From: Ostreococcus lucimarinus
Taxonomy: Eukaryota
Strand: one strand, 5' to 3'
NCBI GenBank assembly: GCA_000092065.1
Contig: CP000598.1
DNA: 64,000 bases
Shown here: positions 37,383-47,060 of the stretch, in pieces
Layout: every line of letters begins with the position of its first letter
Position numbering within the stretch: the stretch's first letter is position 1
Notes under the pieces: generated by a model
Databases searched by the model: none
Told to the model about the DNA's origin: nothing
The model's input: the letters and a program-made list of their open reading frames with translations, nothing else
Made by a program: the position numbers and the translations under genes

Positions 37383-38300
37383 TCAGCAGTTGACAAAAAA
37401 TAGTTTACAAAGATTTCGCGCGCGCTCGATGACTTCCATTTCGTCGTGCGTAGCGGCGAACTCCAATTCAGGCCACGTCACTAGAGGCGCGCGCTTTCCC
37501 GCGTGCGCGTTATGATTCTTTCGTCGTTCGATGGCGCCTTTGAAATCCAAGTCTTCACACCCGATGAAATGAGAACGCGCGCATAACATTTCGAACAGTT
37601 TTGAATCGTTCGCGTCCTCAATTTTGAACCAACATTCCGCCGCTTCGTATCCAAGATTTGTGTATGTCGTCCACCACTCTAAACATTGCACGTCGTGTCG
37701 CAAAGAGTTGAAAACGCTTATGTTGACCTCAAAATCGCGACGAATGTCCTTACCAGCCATTTCAGAGTTGAAATTTGTATCAAATTGCCACTTCGTTCCT
37801 CTGCAGCTGCGTATCACTTGGAGCGGATGTCGAACGATGAGGAAAGTATTCGTGAATACTTCGATTGATCTAATGGGAAATTGTGGTGAACTCGCCAGCC
37901 AGTTTGAGCTTCCGTTCACTCCGAATGTCTCGTGACCTATGTCTACGCCAACATCGCGAAATACTTGAGATACAAAGCCGGTTCCTGAATAGCCGGCTCC
38001 GGTTATGAGAGCTGCGGACGCGATTGCGGATTTGTCGCCCACCCGTACCGGTTTTGAACGACGTCGGAACGACGTCTCGCTGAGAGCATCTTCTGAGAGA
38101 CATTGGTCTAGGCATGCGGCACAAACCGTTTCTGATGCAGTAACAAAGAACGAATCGTTCAAATTAACGTACCCCGTTAGCAATAAGGCGAGAATAGTCG
38201 ACAGAAATCCACCGACCCTGGTAAAGCGCTCTCTGACTTTGACGAGCGAATACTCGTCACGAGTGACTCGAACTTCACACGCCAGCGGCGATTCGATCAT
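37383..38300 (-). CDS. Type II membrane protein, sulfotransferase-like (tentative)
   Basis: ATG verified. Anchor FLSTILALLLTGYV. GAGYSGTGFVSQVF resembles the 5'-PSB loop and IVRHPLQVIRS resembles the 3'-PB motif of sulfotransferases. Confidence 0.4.
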   Translation of the reverse strand: MIESPLACEVRVTRDEYSLVKVRERFTRVGGFLSTILALLLTGYVNLNDSFFVTASETVCAACLDQCLSEDALSETSFRRRSKPVRVGDKSAIASAALITGAGYSGTGFVSQVFRDVGVDIGHETFGVNGSSNWLASSPQFPIRSIEVFTNTFLIVRHPLQVIRSCRGTKWQFDTNFNSEMAGKDIRRDFEVNISVFNSLRHDVQCLEWWTTYTNLGYEAAECWFKIEDANDSKLFEMLCARSHFIGCEDLDFKGAIERRKNHNAHAGKRAPLVTWPELEFAATHDEMEVIERARNLCKLFFVNC

Positions 38301-38818
38301 TTGAGATCACCACACATTGCCATAGCCATAAAATCGTCAGTGAATGACGCACACGAACGGTTCTGTGTGACTTGCACGGCTGCACGGCCCAACAGGGGCG
38401 ACGGTTCGATTGTTTTTACAGCTTCATTTATTACATACGAAAAGAGGCAGCTTTGCGTTGAGGCGACTTGAACCTAAGCTTTTCATCTCCACTAGGCCAC
38501 ACCAATGTTCGCGTCGCAGTAGACGTGCAGGACAGACATTCGAATCGGTGCAACGTCGCGCTGTGAGTGGAAAGAACGACGCGGAGTGGTACGCCTCGAT
38601 GAATCGTCACACTCTGTCTTATGATGCGCGGATTCACGCGCTGTCGGCGTTCATCGCACGAGTTCTGCTCGCACGCAAATGCGAAGGCGTACCAAAAGCT
38701 ATTTCGTGTAGCCCTTTGACAACGACTGGAGGATGGCTGTGCGACCGTTTGGCGCTCGACGCGATTTCCAATTCTGTGTCGATCACCCTAAGTAAATCGT
38801 AATCTTCTTGTGGGAACG

Positions 38819-39928
38819 TCAGGAATACGTGCTGCACAATTCTGTGACTTGTGCTTTTGCAGACGCGTCGTGAAGTGGATTCACCTTTAACCAATGCTTG
38901 CAGCGAGTACAGTAAATGTCGGTTTGGTTGTCGGTTGTTTTGGCGTTCCAATCTCGTTCCAATCTCGCGCCGATGTCCAGTTCTTCTGTATCTGAAATCG
39001 ATTCAACGAAATCTAAGAGTAAATAACATTTGTACCCTTGAAGTCGGATGATTTCCTCCATTAACTCAATCGCTCTGTGAAGACTAAAGCTCGTGCGCTC
39101 GCGATACCACACCGCGGTGTACTCAAAAAACACATTTTTCACCGTTTTCGTTCTGAAGATGCGCATGCCGGACGACAAGACGCTCAGTTCATTACCTTCC
39201 GTATCTATGGCCAATATTTCAACGTCGTCATCATTCAAAGGGATGTCATCGAGCGCGATTGACGACACGATTTTGTGTCCAGCGCCGACGCCTTCGGCGT
39301 GTGTGTGAAACGTGCCAGAGCAAGTGTTGATCGGGGTGTCGATCGCGATCGGCACATCGCTGACGTAGTTGTTATACAACGAAACCCGTCTGACGAACTG
39401 CCGTGGGTACAAGGAAAACGTTTCCTGAATGCCAGAAACACAGAGAGGCAGAGGTTCTACGGCGTACACTCGGTACCCGCTGAGCATGAAAATCACGCAG
39501 AAAAAGCATTCATGCGCTCCGATGTTTATTGTTGCACCTCTACCACGGGACACACTAGAAATCGCATTAGATTTGTATTCGACTGGCGTCGAAGCCAATA
39601 GATTGCGCAGAATTTGTTGAATTTTCAATTCGCCTCCGTTCACTGGTAACCACTCAAACGTGTCTTCCCTCTTCAGCACGATAGGGAGATTTACGTAACC
39701 GTACACTTCAGTTTTTACGTCCGCCTTGTCTTTGACGAGGGTATGCGTGTCTTCGACGCCGTTTAAGGTGATTTCGCTGATGTTGGTGTGGCGAGGCGTG
39801 AAAACGACCTCTTGTTCGGGGCTCGCTGACACGCTGTAGTTGACACCACGTCGGAGCAGCGTAGGAATAATAAAGAGCGAAAGGAGAAGCGTATGTTTCG
39901 CACGCACTGAAACTTGCAGACTCTGCAT
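38819..39928 (-). CDS. FkbM-family methyltransferase (Methyltransf_21-like) with N-terminal anchor
   Basis: ATG verified. INIGAHECFFCVIFMLSGYRVYAVEPLP and ILAIDTEGNELSVL match the FkbM motifs. Confidence 0.7.
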   Translation of the reverse strand: MQSLQVSVRAKHTLLLSLFIIPTLLRRGVNYSVSASPEQEVVFTPRHTNISEITLNGVEDTHTLVKDKADVKTEVYGYVNLPIVLKREDTFEWLPVNGGELKIQQILRNLLASTPVEYKSNAISSVSRGRGATINIGAHECFFCVIFMLSGYRVYAVEPLPLCVSGIQETFSLYPRQFVRRVSLYNNYVSDVPIAIDTPINTCSGTFHTHAEGVGAGHKIVSSIALDDIPLNDDDVEILAIDTEGNELSVLSSGMRIFRTKTVKNVFFEYTAVWYRERTSFSLHRAIELMEEIIRLQGYKCYLLLDFVESISDTEELDIGARLERDWNAKTTDNQTDIYCTRCKHWLKVNPLHDASAKAQVTELCSTYS

Positions 39929-40225
39929 GACCCAAGCGTCGTTCCGGTGAGTGACGTTCGCTGTATGTCGAGCTGTTCTATGTTAAGTCAAACTGATATG
40001 AAGCTCATCAGTTATCGCGTCCTTGAAGAAAAATCTAATAATACGTCGAATAAACCAGTCACGGCTCGTTGCGTATCGGTACTTGAAAGTGCGCGCATAT
40101 ACAAGTGTACTTTACACTTCAAAATGTTTTCAACGCCTGGAGTGATATTGCTACAAAATTCACCTACTAGATCAGCCACTCGCCTCGTTTGCGAAGCGAG
40201 AGCTTTCGCCGGTGTCTGCGAGCAT

Positions 40226-41548
40226 CTAACGCTCTCCTGGTAGTATCGTTGCGCGTTGATCTATCGCTTGCCCTGTTGGATCCCAGGAAGGGTATCTCGT
40301 CATATTCGATAAGCGCAACGCCAAGGGCGTGTAAAATTGCTCGGCGTTCTCACCGGCTTTGACGAGCTCGTCGACCCTTCTCATGCGCGCGCCATACGCG
40401 CGTACTGGATCGTTCAAACAAAACAATCGCAATTCTTGCATCGTTTGTTCACAAGTCTTATTTGTACCGCTCTTAATGTTTCCTATGAAGTCATCGAATC
40501 CACCGTATTCCGTCGCCGTCATCATTTTTAGGATATACTGAGGCGGGAAACAATAATTCGTCGCGTGGAATCCTCGACCGAGAACGTGTTCCATGCGCCC
40601 TCGAGGAAGGAGCATTTGGTCGAGGCGATTCGCTACGGTCACACCGGGATCACCGAGCGTCCACGGCATGTTACGCGCCGGAAAGTCGGATCGAAATGCG
40701 AAATTTAGGTTTCCGTACGGAAACCAAATGCCGAAATTACCCGGCAACGCCGTTTCGCAGCGCGCTGCTTTCCAAACGTCTTCCCTCGCCGGTATCTCGT
40801 CCACGTGACCAAAAATAACGAGCGTTTTCTCGTCGTAGCGTTTGGCGAGTTCCCGCGCTATGGCGCTCTCTTTCTCTGCTTCGAATTGGAAATTGACCCC
40901 GTTCGGCGCCGCGGCGCCGGCTTGCGCGTGTTTGAAAATTTCCACCTTGTCGCGAATCGATTCAAACCTCGCCGTCTGTAATAATGATTCAAGCGCGTCA
41001 AAAGTGGCTTCGCCTTTGTGCGTGACGTTCGACGTCACGGCGATAAACTTATCGACGACAGGGTGTAATTCGTACAGACGAATCTCCAACGTATCGACTT
41101 CGCCGCCGCCGAAGAGGAAAACATCCACAATATTCCTAGGTTCGTCTAAAGTTTTGCCAGCGTCGCACTCGAATTGAACGCTTGATGCGGGTTGTAATGC
41201 TATGGAGGAATCGTCATAATCTGTGGGACTCAGAGCCGACGGAAACTGCGCGCGCGTGAGCAGTTCGATCACCCGACGGTGATCGCTCGATATGCGAACC
41301 AACTCTTCACACAGATCACTCGATGGCGCTAACGGTTCATTGAACGCACGAGGCGTGTTCTCATCTGCCGTTTCGCTCACGCTCGCGTCGATCGATTCAC
41401 TCTGGTCACCTACTGTGCCGTTCACCGTGACTCCTGTGATGCGAACCAACTCTCGTGGAAAGTCGAAATCGACGTAGAGGTGCACGTACGCGTAAGTCAG
41501 CGTGACGACGACGAAAGCGACGATCTGAAACGCGCGCAGCTGTCTCAT
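40226..41548 (-). CDS. Glycosyltransferase family 17-like (GnT-III-like) type II membrane protein
   Basis: ATG verified. IVDVFLFGGGEVDTLEIRLYELHPVVDKFIAVTSNVTHKGE and VIFGHVDEIP match GT17 hallmarks. Confidence 0.7.
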   Translation of the reverse strand: MRQLRAFQIVAFVVVTLTYAYVHLYVDFDFPRELVRITGVTVNGTVGDQSESIDASVSETADENTPRAFNEPLAPSSDLCEELVRISSDHRRVIELLTRAQFPSALSPTDYDDSSIALQPASSVQFECDAGKTLDEPRNIVDVFLFGGGEVDTLEIRLYELHPVVDKFIAVTSNVTHKGEATFDALESLLQTARFESIRDKVEIFKHAQAGAAAPNGVNFQFEAEKESAIARELAKRYDEKTLVIFGHVDEIPAREDVWKAARCETALPGNFGIWFPYGNLNFAFRSDFPARNMPWTLGDPGVTVANRLDQMLLPRGRMEHVLGRGFHATNYCFPPQYILKMMTATEYGGFDDFIGNIKSGTNKTCEQTMQELRLFCLNDPVRAYGARMRRVDELVKAGENAEQFYTPLALRLSNMTRYPSWDPTGQAIDQRATILPGER

Positions 41549-41764
41549 GGTGCATGTATGTGACTTGAACCACTTAAATCGAGGACGTTACCTTCGTCGA
41601 CGGTGCGTCCTCGATCGAGCCCCCGAGTGCGGCAACGCGACCGCAGGTCCGCCACTTCGCGGCGTCAACTTGACGCGCGAGAGTCGAAGAATAAGCGCTT
41701 CACGCGTATCGATCGTTGTGTGAGGTAGTGGCTTAAACAGAAGACCAGGTGCGCTGGCAACTGA

Positions 41765-42787
41765 ATGGCTGAACTATCCACGGGGAAAGTCGAAACCGGC
41801 TTGGTGAGCCCAACGATGGGCGTTCGAACCGCCTCGCTGGCGTCGCGAAAGCATCAAGCGCTGGCGCTTTTCATCTTGACGATCCAAAACACCGCCTTGG
41901 TGCTCGTGACGAAGTTTTCGTATAGAAAATCTGCGACGCCTTACGTCGTGTCCACAGTCATCGCGAGCGCCGAGCTCGTCAAACTCGCTTTGAGCTATAT
42001 TTTGTTGGTCGCGTCCGACGGACAAAGCGCCGCCCGGGACGCGCTCCGCGAGGTGCCGTCCAACGCGACGCGGCTCGCGGTCCCATCCGTGCTGTACGTA
42101 ATACAAAACAACCTCCTTTTCGAGGGCGTGCGGTTGCTGAGCCCGACCGCATACATGGTGTGTTCGCAGAGCAAAATTCTCACGAGCACGATTTGTAGCG
42201 TCTTGCTCCTAGGAACGCGAATCACGCGTAAACAATATGTAGCGTTGTTGGTCCTCGCGTGTGGGATGATCATGGTACAGAACGAAGAAGGACGTGGACG
42301 CGATTTGCCGTCGGATAGAGCGCAGGTGAGACAAACTGTGCGAGGTATGGTCGTCGTGCTCACCGCCGCGTTTACGTCTGGCTTCGCGGGGGCGTATTTA
42401 GAGAAAATGTACAAAGAAGTGGGCGCTCAAAAGCGATCGGTATGGTTCCGCAACGCACAACTGGCGTGCTTTTCACTTCCAGTGGCGTTGATCGGATCAG
42501 TGTGGCGCGATGGAGAGCGCTTGCGCGCGAACGAAAGCGTGTTTCAAGGATACGACGGCGTCGTGTTGCTCGTCATCGCGCTACAAGCCGCCGGTGGTTT
42601 AGTCGTCGCGGCGGTGTTGCGATACGCGGGAAACGTGCTCAAGTGCTTCGCCGTGTCTATTTCTATATGTAATTGCGCCCTCGCGACGACGGTGTTTGCC
42701 AACGACGGACACAACCTGAGCGTTACGGCATCTCTCGGCATAGCGCTCGTCATCGGGTCGACGTTTCTTTATTCAAACGTAGTGTAG
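41765..42787 (+). CDS. Nucleotide-sugar transporter (CMP-sialate/UDP-galactose transporter family)
   Basis: ATG verified. About 10 hydrophobic helices; AVPSVLYVIQNNLLF and the overall layout are typical of the family. Confidence 0.8.
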   Translation: MAELSTGKVETGLVSPTMGVRTASLASRKHQALALFILTIQNTALVLVTKFSYRKSATPYVVSTVIASAELVKLALSYILLVASDGQSAARDALREVPSNATRLAVPSVLYVIQNNLLFEGVRLLSPTAYMVCSQSKILTSTICSVLLLGTRITRKQYVALLVLACGMIMVQNEEGRGRDLPSDRAQVRQTVRGMVVVLTAAFTSGFAGAYLEKMYKEVGAQKRSVWFRNAQLACFSLPVALIGSVWRDGERLRANESVFQGYDGVVLLVIALQAAGGLVVAAVLRYAGNVLKCFAVSISICNCALATTVFANDGHNLSVTASLGIALVIGSTFLYSNVV

Positions 42788-42924
42788 TGATTATATCATT
42801 CTGTGCGTTTAAACAAGAAAGATCAGGTATTTTCAAACGAGTGTAGCGGCGCGTTTTTATGCCTTCTATCTTCAAACGCGGAGCTAGAAATACCAAATCT
42901 CATCGACGCTACTAGAGTTCCTCA

Positions 42925-43761
42925 TCAGACTGATCGATATTCATCCGTAAATTCGATTTGACTACCGACTAAACTCGATGCTAGAGACCGCCGTGCTACA
43001 TCGCACGGTTCCGTTTGGCAGTAATCGCGTCGAATTGACAAACACGCCGAGTCTTCACATCGAAATATGGTACCTCGATAAACTTCGCCCGCTGCAGTGC
43101 TCAGTTTACCGACTTGGTAACTCGCAGACGCCATCTGTATTCTACACTCCGACCACGACCAACGATCGCCGCATGTATTCTCGCTCGGTGGGTGGGTACT
43201 GATACAATTTTCGTATGCATTTGCCATCGTAGCGAAACTATCCAAGGCTTCTCTCGGTATGATGGTGAACGTGTCCGTCATAAAAGAAACTTCTCGACCT
43301 GATCCAACACTATTCCCGTCCACTTCGTCGCGATAGATCACCATTCCATTGAGAACAAGATTTCTTTTAAGCCCATACCACGTCTCTCCAGGCGGCAGTC
43401 TAGCGTAATATTCTATGTCTGTCCTCGTCAGGATGAAGTGATCGAACTCAACGTCACTTCGATTTCCGTACGCTTGTACGTCTCGCAAACACTCGCGCTG
43501 TCGATAAACTTGGGGATACCCTGCAGAAACGCACCCTACCTCGCCTACGCGCCCGTGTGGTTCCACGTCGTAGACGCGCAGAGATTCTAGCGAGAACCAA
43601 GAACGTAGCTCGGTTTCGACGTCGACGTTCACGCCCTTCTTATCAAGATGTAGAAATACGTGGACTTTTCCGCCGATCAAAAGTGGAGCAAGTACGGCGT
43701 CGTATATATGATCTTGGATATCCTTGCGCACGAGAGTGCGCACCTGACCAACGATGCACAC
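42925..43761 (-). CDS. Hypothetical protein; ORF lacks an in-frame ATG near its 5' end (missing exon or 5'-truncated)
   Basis: The track start is GTG. The frame is open upstream only as KNHGRRGSSHLRVDQPGDRTADDAPKAHAPTFAV after a TGA, and the first in-frame ATG is about 130 codons in. Confidence 0.4.
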   Translation of the reverse strand: MCIVGQVRTLVRKDIQDHIYDAVLAPLLIGGKVHVFLHLDKKGVNVDVETELRSWFSLESLRVYDVEPHGRVGEVGCVSAGYPQVYRQRECLRDVQAYGNRSDVEFDHFILTRTDIEYYARLPPGETWYGLKRNLVLNGMVIYRDEVDGNSVGSGREVSFMTDTFTIIPREALDSFATMANAYENCISTHPPSENTCGDRWSWSECRIQMASASYQVGKLSTAAGEVYRGTIFRCEDSACLSIRRDYCQTEPCDVARRSLASSLVGSQIEFTDEYRSV

Positions 43762-44137
43762 CGCGAAAGTCGGCGCGTGTGCTTTCGGCGCGTCGTCTGC
43801 TGTTCGATCGCCCGGTTGGTCAACGCGCAGGTGTGAAGAACCGCGACGTCCATGGTTTTTTCACCCGAGCGGCGAGCGTTAACGCTCAGCTTCCGATCAT
43901 GAGCATTAATCCGTCGTGCGCATGCGAATGCCGTCTCAAAGTGGAGGCGTGGTATCTACATTCCGACTGGTTAAACGTGCCGCCGACTCGTAATTCGAGT
44001 CACGTATCATCGGCCTTTTTTTCTTCTCTCAGCAAGGGCGTGCAAGGCACGTCAGTCGACGACGATCGTTTTAAAAAACCGCACACTGCGCACGCGTGCA
44101 TGCCACTAAATCTCTATCTTCGAAGCCGCGCGCGCGC

Positions 44138-45181
44138 ATGGGATCGCGTAAGCAACGCGTCGCCGTTGTCCTGGCGCTCGTTGCCCTCGTCGCTGGAGGT
44201 GGACTAGTGAAACAGCTGGACACGCGCGGGTGTTCGAAAGATACTTCAGCCGCGACGGTAAGTGGCGCTTCGTCATCAGCTCAACCACGCTCGACGGGAG
44301 CTGAATCGCGAGACAATAAACGCGAGACGCCACCTATCGATGCTGTCTCCGCGACGAAGATTGATGATCGAGCTGAAAAGTACGCTATAATCGTCCCTAT
44401 GCACGCCGTCACGCAGCTCGAAGTCATGAAAACCACGTGGAAAATATTTCCACCTTGCGCTGCCGATGCGCGAGCCGCACAAATAATTGATTTGATTTTC
44501 TTATCCGACGTAGACCTCTCGTCGCTCGACGTCACAGGGGGTCACTGCTTTCAGCGAGTGTATCGCCTGCGACCGTTCATCCCGAGCTGCTACAACGTAT
44601 ACGCACAAGCACCACCGTATTGCTTCTTCACGATGATACTTCATCTCGACTTAGACCGTACGTACGACGCCATACTTCAAGTAGAAGCTGATTCCGTGCC
44701 CGTGAAATCCAATTGGTTGGACGCCGCCGTGGAAAACATATTAAAGCCGACATCGGGCGAAGTGTGGATACACGCAGCGAAAAATGAACGCGGTGGAAAC
44801 AATTTCAACGGTAATGGCGCGTACAACTTGCAAAATGACGAATTTCGTCAATTCATAATAGGTTACAGGGAATGGTTTTACACAAAGGCGGTCAACTCTG
44901 GCGACACGGCGTTCGATACAAACATGATTACGTTTGCAAAAGAAGTGGGGTCTTTCGGAAATTTCTCCAACACGCATCTGCGTGCGTCGAAAAGTCTTCG
45001 GAACTGCGATCTCATGTCCCTGACAGCGTGTCGGTCGGCGGTGGATGCGTCCACGTGGGGCGGCGCGACGCCTGAAGCTCTTTTCGTTCACAGTCACGAT
45101 CTGAAAGATCCTTCGCGAGTGAGGAGTCAAATCTTGGTGGAAATGCTTGGTAGAGACGATGGTATACGGCAATTCAAATGA
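44138..45181 (+). CDS. Type II membrane protein of unknown function (glycan-island context)
   Basis: ATG at 44138 gives MGSRKQRVAVVLALVALVAGGGLV (anchor), a Ser/Ala-rich stem, then a globular domain. No family recognised. Confidence 0.5.
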   Translation: MGSRKQRVAVVLALVALVAGGGLVKQLDTRGCSKDTSAATVSGASSSAQPRSTGAESRDNKRETPPIDAVSATKIDDRAEKYAIIVPMHAVTQLEVMKTTWKIFPPCAADARAAQIIDLIFLSDVDLSSLDVTGGHCFQRVYRLRPFIPSCYNVYAQAPPYCFFTMILHLDLDRTYDAILQVEADSVPVKSNWLDAAVENILKPTSGEVWIHAAKNERGGNNFNGNGAYNLQNDEFRQFIIGYREWFYTKAVNSGDTAFDTNMITFAKEVGSFGNFSNTHLRASKSLRNCDLMSLTACRSAVDASTWGGATPEALFVHSHDLKDPSRVRSQILVEMLGRDDGIRQFK

Positions 45182-45697
45182 GTATGCTTGCGACTATTGA
45201 GTTTTCGACATGCTGATGATTTCTTCGTACAGGGCGTCCCACGCCGCCGGAAGCGCTCGCCCGCACTTATCGAGAAGAGTGTACGGACAGCGGACACCCA
45301 TGGCAACATTATTCACGCGTATCGGACGCAGATCTGCATCAAACAAATCTTTATTCAACGCATAACGATTTACTTGCCGCTGCTGCATGGTCACTTCTAA
45401 TTGACCGATGCGTAGGACCTCCTTGAAGTTTGGAGTCTCTGTATGCAAGAACATCGTGTCGCCGCAGTCGCCCAAAACGCCAACTTCCACATAACTCTGC
45501 GCTCTCAAAATCGAGCGGACGTCCTCCTTCGGTCGCGCGATGGTGAAAATGTGAACCTATAAAACCGCGCGTGTGCGTCGTACGACGCCGAAGTGCTAGT
45601 AAATGTTGCCCACTCCGACTGCACCGGTCGTTCTCACGCGTCCATCGACGCCGATACGCGCCGCGTCGCGGTATGCGTTTATCGAAAAAGTCTGAAT

Positions 45698-45976
45698 GAC
45701 CCCCTGAAATTTCAGGGGGTCTATGAGTCACTAGACCCCCTGAAATGTCAGATACTTTCTAGACCGTCTAGAAAGTGTCTGCGAGCTATACCTTATAAAT
45801 TGTGATCAATCGGGCCTAGTGCGTCGATAAGTGATGATGATTACAAGGAGCTATCATTGATTAGTTCATTAATGAGTGTTAACTCGTCAATTAGTCATCC
45901 TAGGTTAACTAGGGGAAGCTATACTTCATATTTTACTCTTCAGATTTCTAACAGTGTCTGACATTTCCAGGGGGTC
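45698..45976. mobile_element. MITE-like element with ~21-bp terminal inverted repeats plus an abutting 24-bp perfect palindrome made of two TIR halves
   Basis: Palindrome gaccccctgaaatttcagggggtc at 45698-45721. Left TIR gaccccctgaaatgtcagata at 45734-45754. Right TIR tgtctgacatttccagggggtc at 45955-45976. GAAT lies on both outer flanks. Internal hairpin at 45749-45781. Confidence 0.6.
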
Positions 45977-46127
45977 GAATCAGTAAGATCCGTGTTCATG
46001 CCTAGAGATTTGAGCGCTCGGTGACAGCGGCAGCTTCCTGAAACGCTCCTCCAGACCCGGACGAGAGCGAGCCGTGAAGCCGTGCGCAAAAGTTCGGCGG
46101 TCGTCGATAGGTCTGGCAACGTCGGTC

Positions 46128-47060
46128 ATGCGTTGGTTGAGGGGACGTGGTGTCAAGGCGATAATGTGCGTCGCCCTTGTCGCAGGTTTCGCCAAGGTAC
46201 CAGATCTGCACGTCAATAAGTATACTATGACACAGACACTGCAAGGCGACGGCTTTGGTTCACAGTTTCAAAATATCACATCTACCGCGGCTGCTCTGCA
46301 CGTCAATAAGTGTACTATGACACAGACACTGCAAGGCGACGGCTTTGGTTCACAGTTTCAAAATATCATATCTACCGCGGTTTTCGCTCAAACCTTGAAC
46401 AAACACTTTTGCGTGACCCCTATCGAAAGCATGGAGCACAACTACGACAATCGCTCAACGTTCCTTCGAGAAGTCAGCGAACTGATTAATTTACCAGTAC
46501 TTTCAAGTCAAGAGGACATGGACATTGAAAAGTGCGAGGTTAAAAAAGGCTGGCTGGATAGCTACATAGTTCAGGAAGCAAATCAGTTGGACGTTCGTAC
46601 AAAATTGGGTAACATTCGAAAGCAGTTCTTGGGTAACAAGCGCTCGTTGTCGGAACTTCGTAAACACGCTGCCGTGCACATCAGGAGGCAGAATTCTTTT
46701 GATAATCGAAACACTGTTTCTCATGATGAAGTCGTGTGCTTTGTGATGAGGGAAATTCTCACTCAAAACAGCAATATTCAGTTTCATGTATTTAGCCAGG
46801 GCGATATTTCGGAGTTTTGGCGCTACCAGAACGATTCAAGAATCGTCCTACGTCTCGACGAACCCATCAACGTGACGTTCACTGAAATGGTTGTCGCCAA
46901 AATTTTGGTCACAGCCACGTCGTCATTTAGCTATGCAGCAGCACTTCTCTCAGAGGGTGAGATATGGGCCCCAAGACCGTTCTGGCACAACTACCCTTCC
47001 TTCTGGAAGACATATCAGCTTTCTCGTACATTGTCTAACTTTGAGACATGCCTACCATGA
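46128..47060 (+). CDS. Fucosyltransferase-like glycosyltransferase (GT11/GT23-like motifs), tentative
   Basis: ATG at 46128 (MRWLRGRGVKAIMCVALVAGFA). GDGFGSQFQNI resembles the G-x-G-N-Q-x-F-Q motif and AAVHIRRQNSFD resembles the HxRRxD motif of alpha-1,2-/NodZ-type fucosyltransferases. Confidence 0.4.
   Translation: MRWLRGRGVKAIMCVALVAGFAKVPDLHVNKYTMTQTLQGDGFGSQFQNITSTAAALHVNKCTMTQTLQGDGFGSQFQNIISTAVFAQTLNKHFCVTPIESMEHNYDNRSTFLREVSELINLPVLSSQEDMDIEKCEVKKGWLDSYIVQEANQLDVRTKLGNIRKQFLGNKRSLSELRKHAAVHIRRQNSFDNRNTVSHDEVVCFVMREILTQNSNIQFHVFSQGDISEFWRYQNDSRIVLRLDEPINVTFTEMVVAKILVTATSSFSYAAALLSEGEIWAPRPFWHNYPSFWKTYQLSRTLSNFETCLP
46206..46380 (+). repeat. In-frame 90-bp tandem duplication (2 units)
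   Basis: ctgcacgtcaataag.atactatgacacagacactgcaaggcgacggctttggttcacagtttcaaaatatca.atctaccgcgg occurs twice (starts 46206 and 46296), encoding LHVNK(Y/C)TMTQTLQGDGFGSQFQNI(T/I)STA. Confidence 0.9.

Noticed and set aside
45194-45731. Minus-strand ORFs next to the MITE-like element (104 aa ending ..LDKCGRALPAAWDALYEEIISMSKTQ, and a hexapeptide-repeat-like piece DAARIGVDGRVRTTGAVGVGNIY)
   Set aside because: They may be the terminal exons of a gene disrupted by the element. However, there is no start codon, no recognisable family and no clear splice sites, so the evidence is too weak to call.
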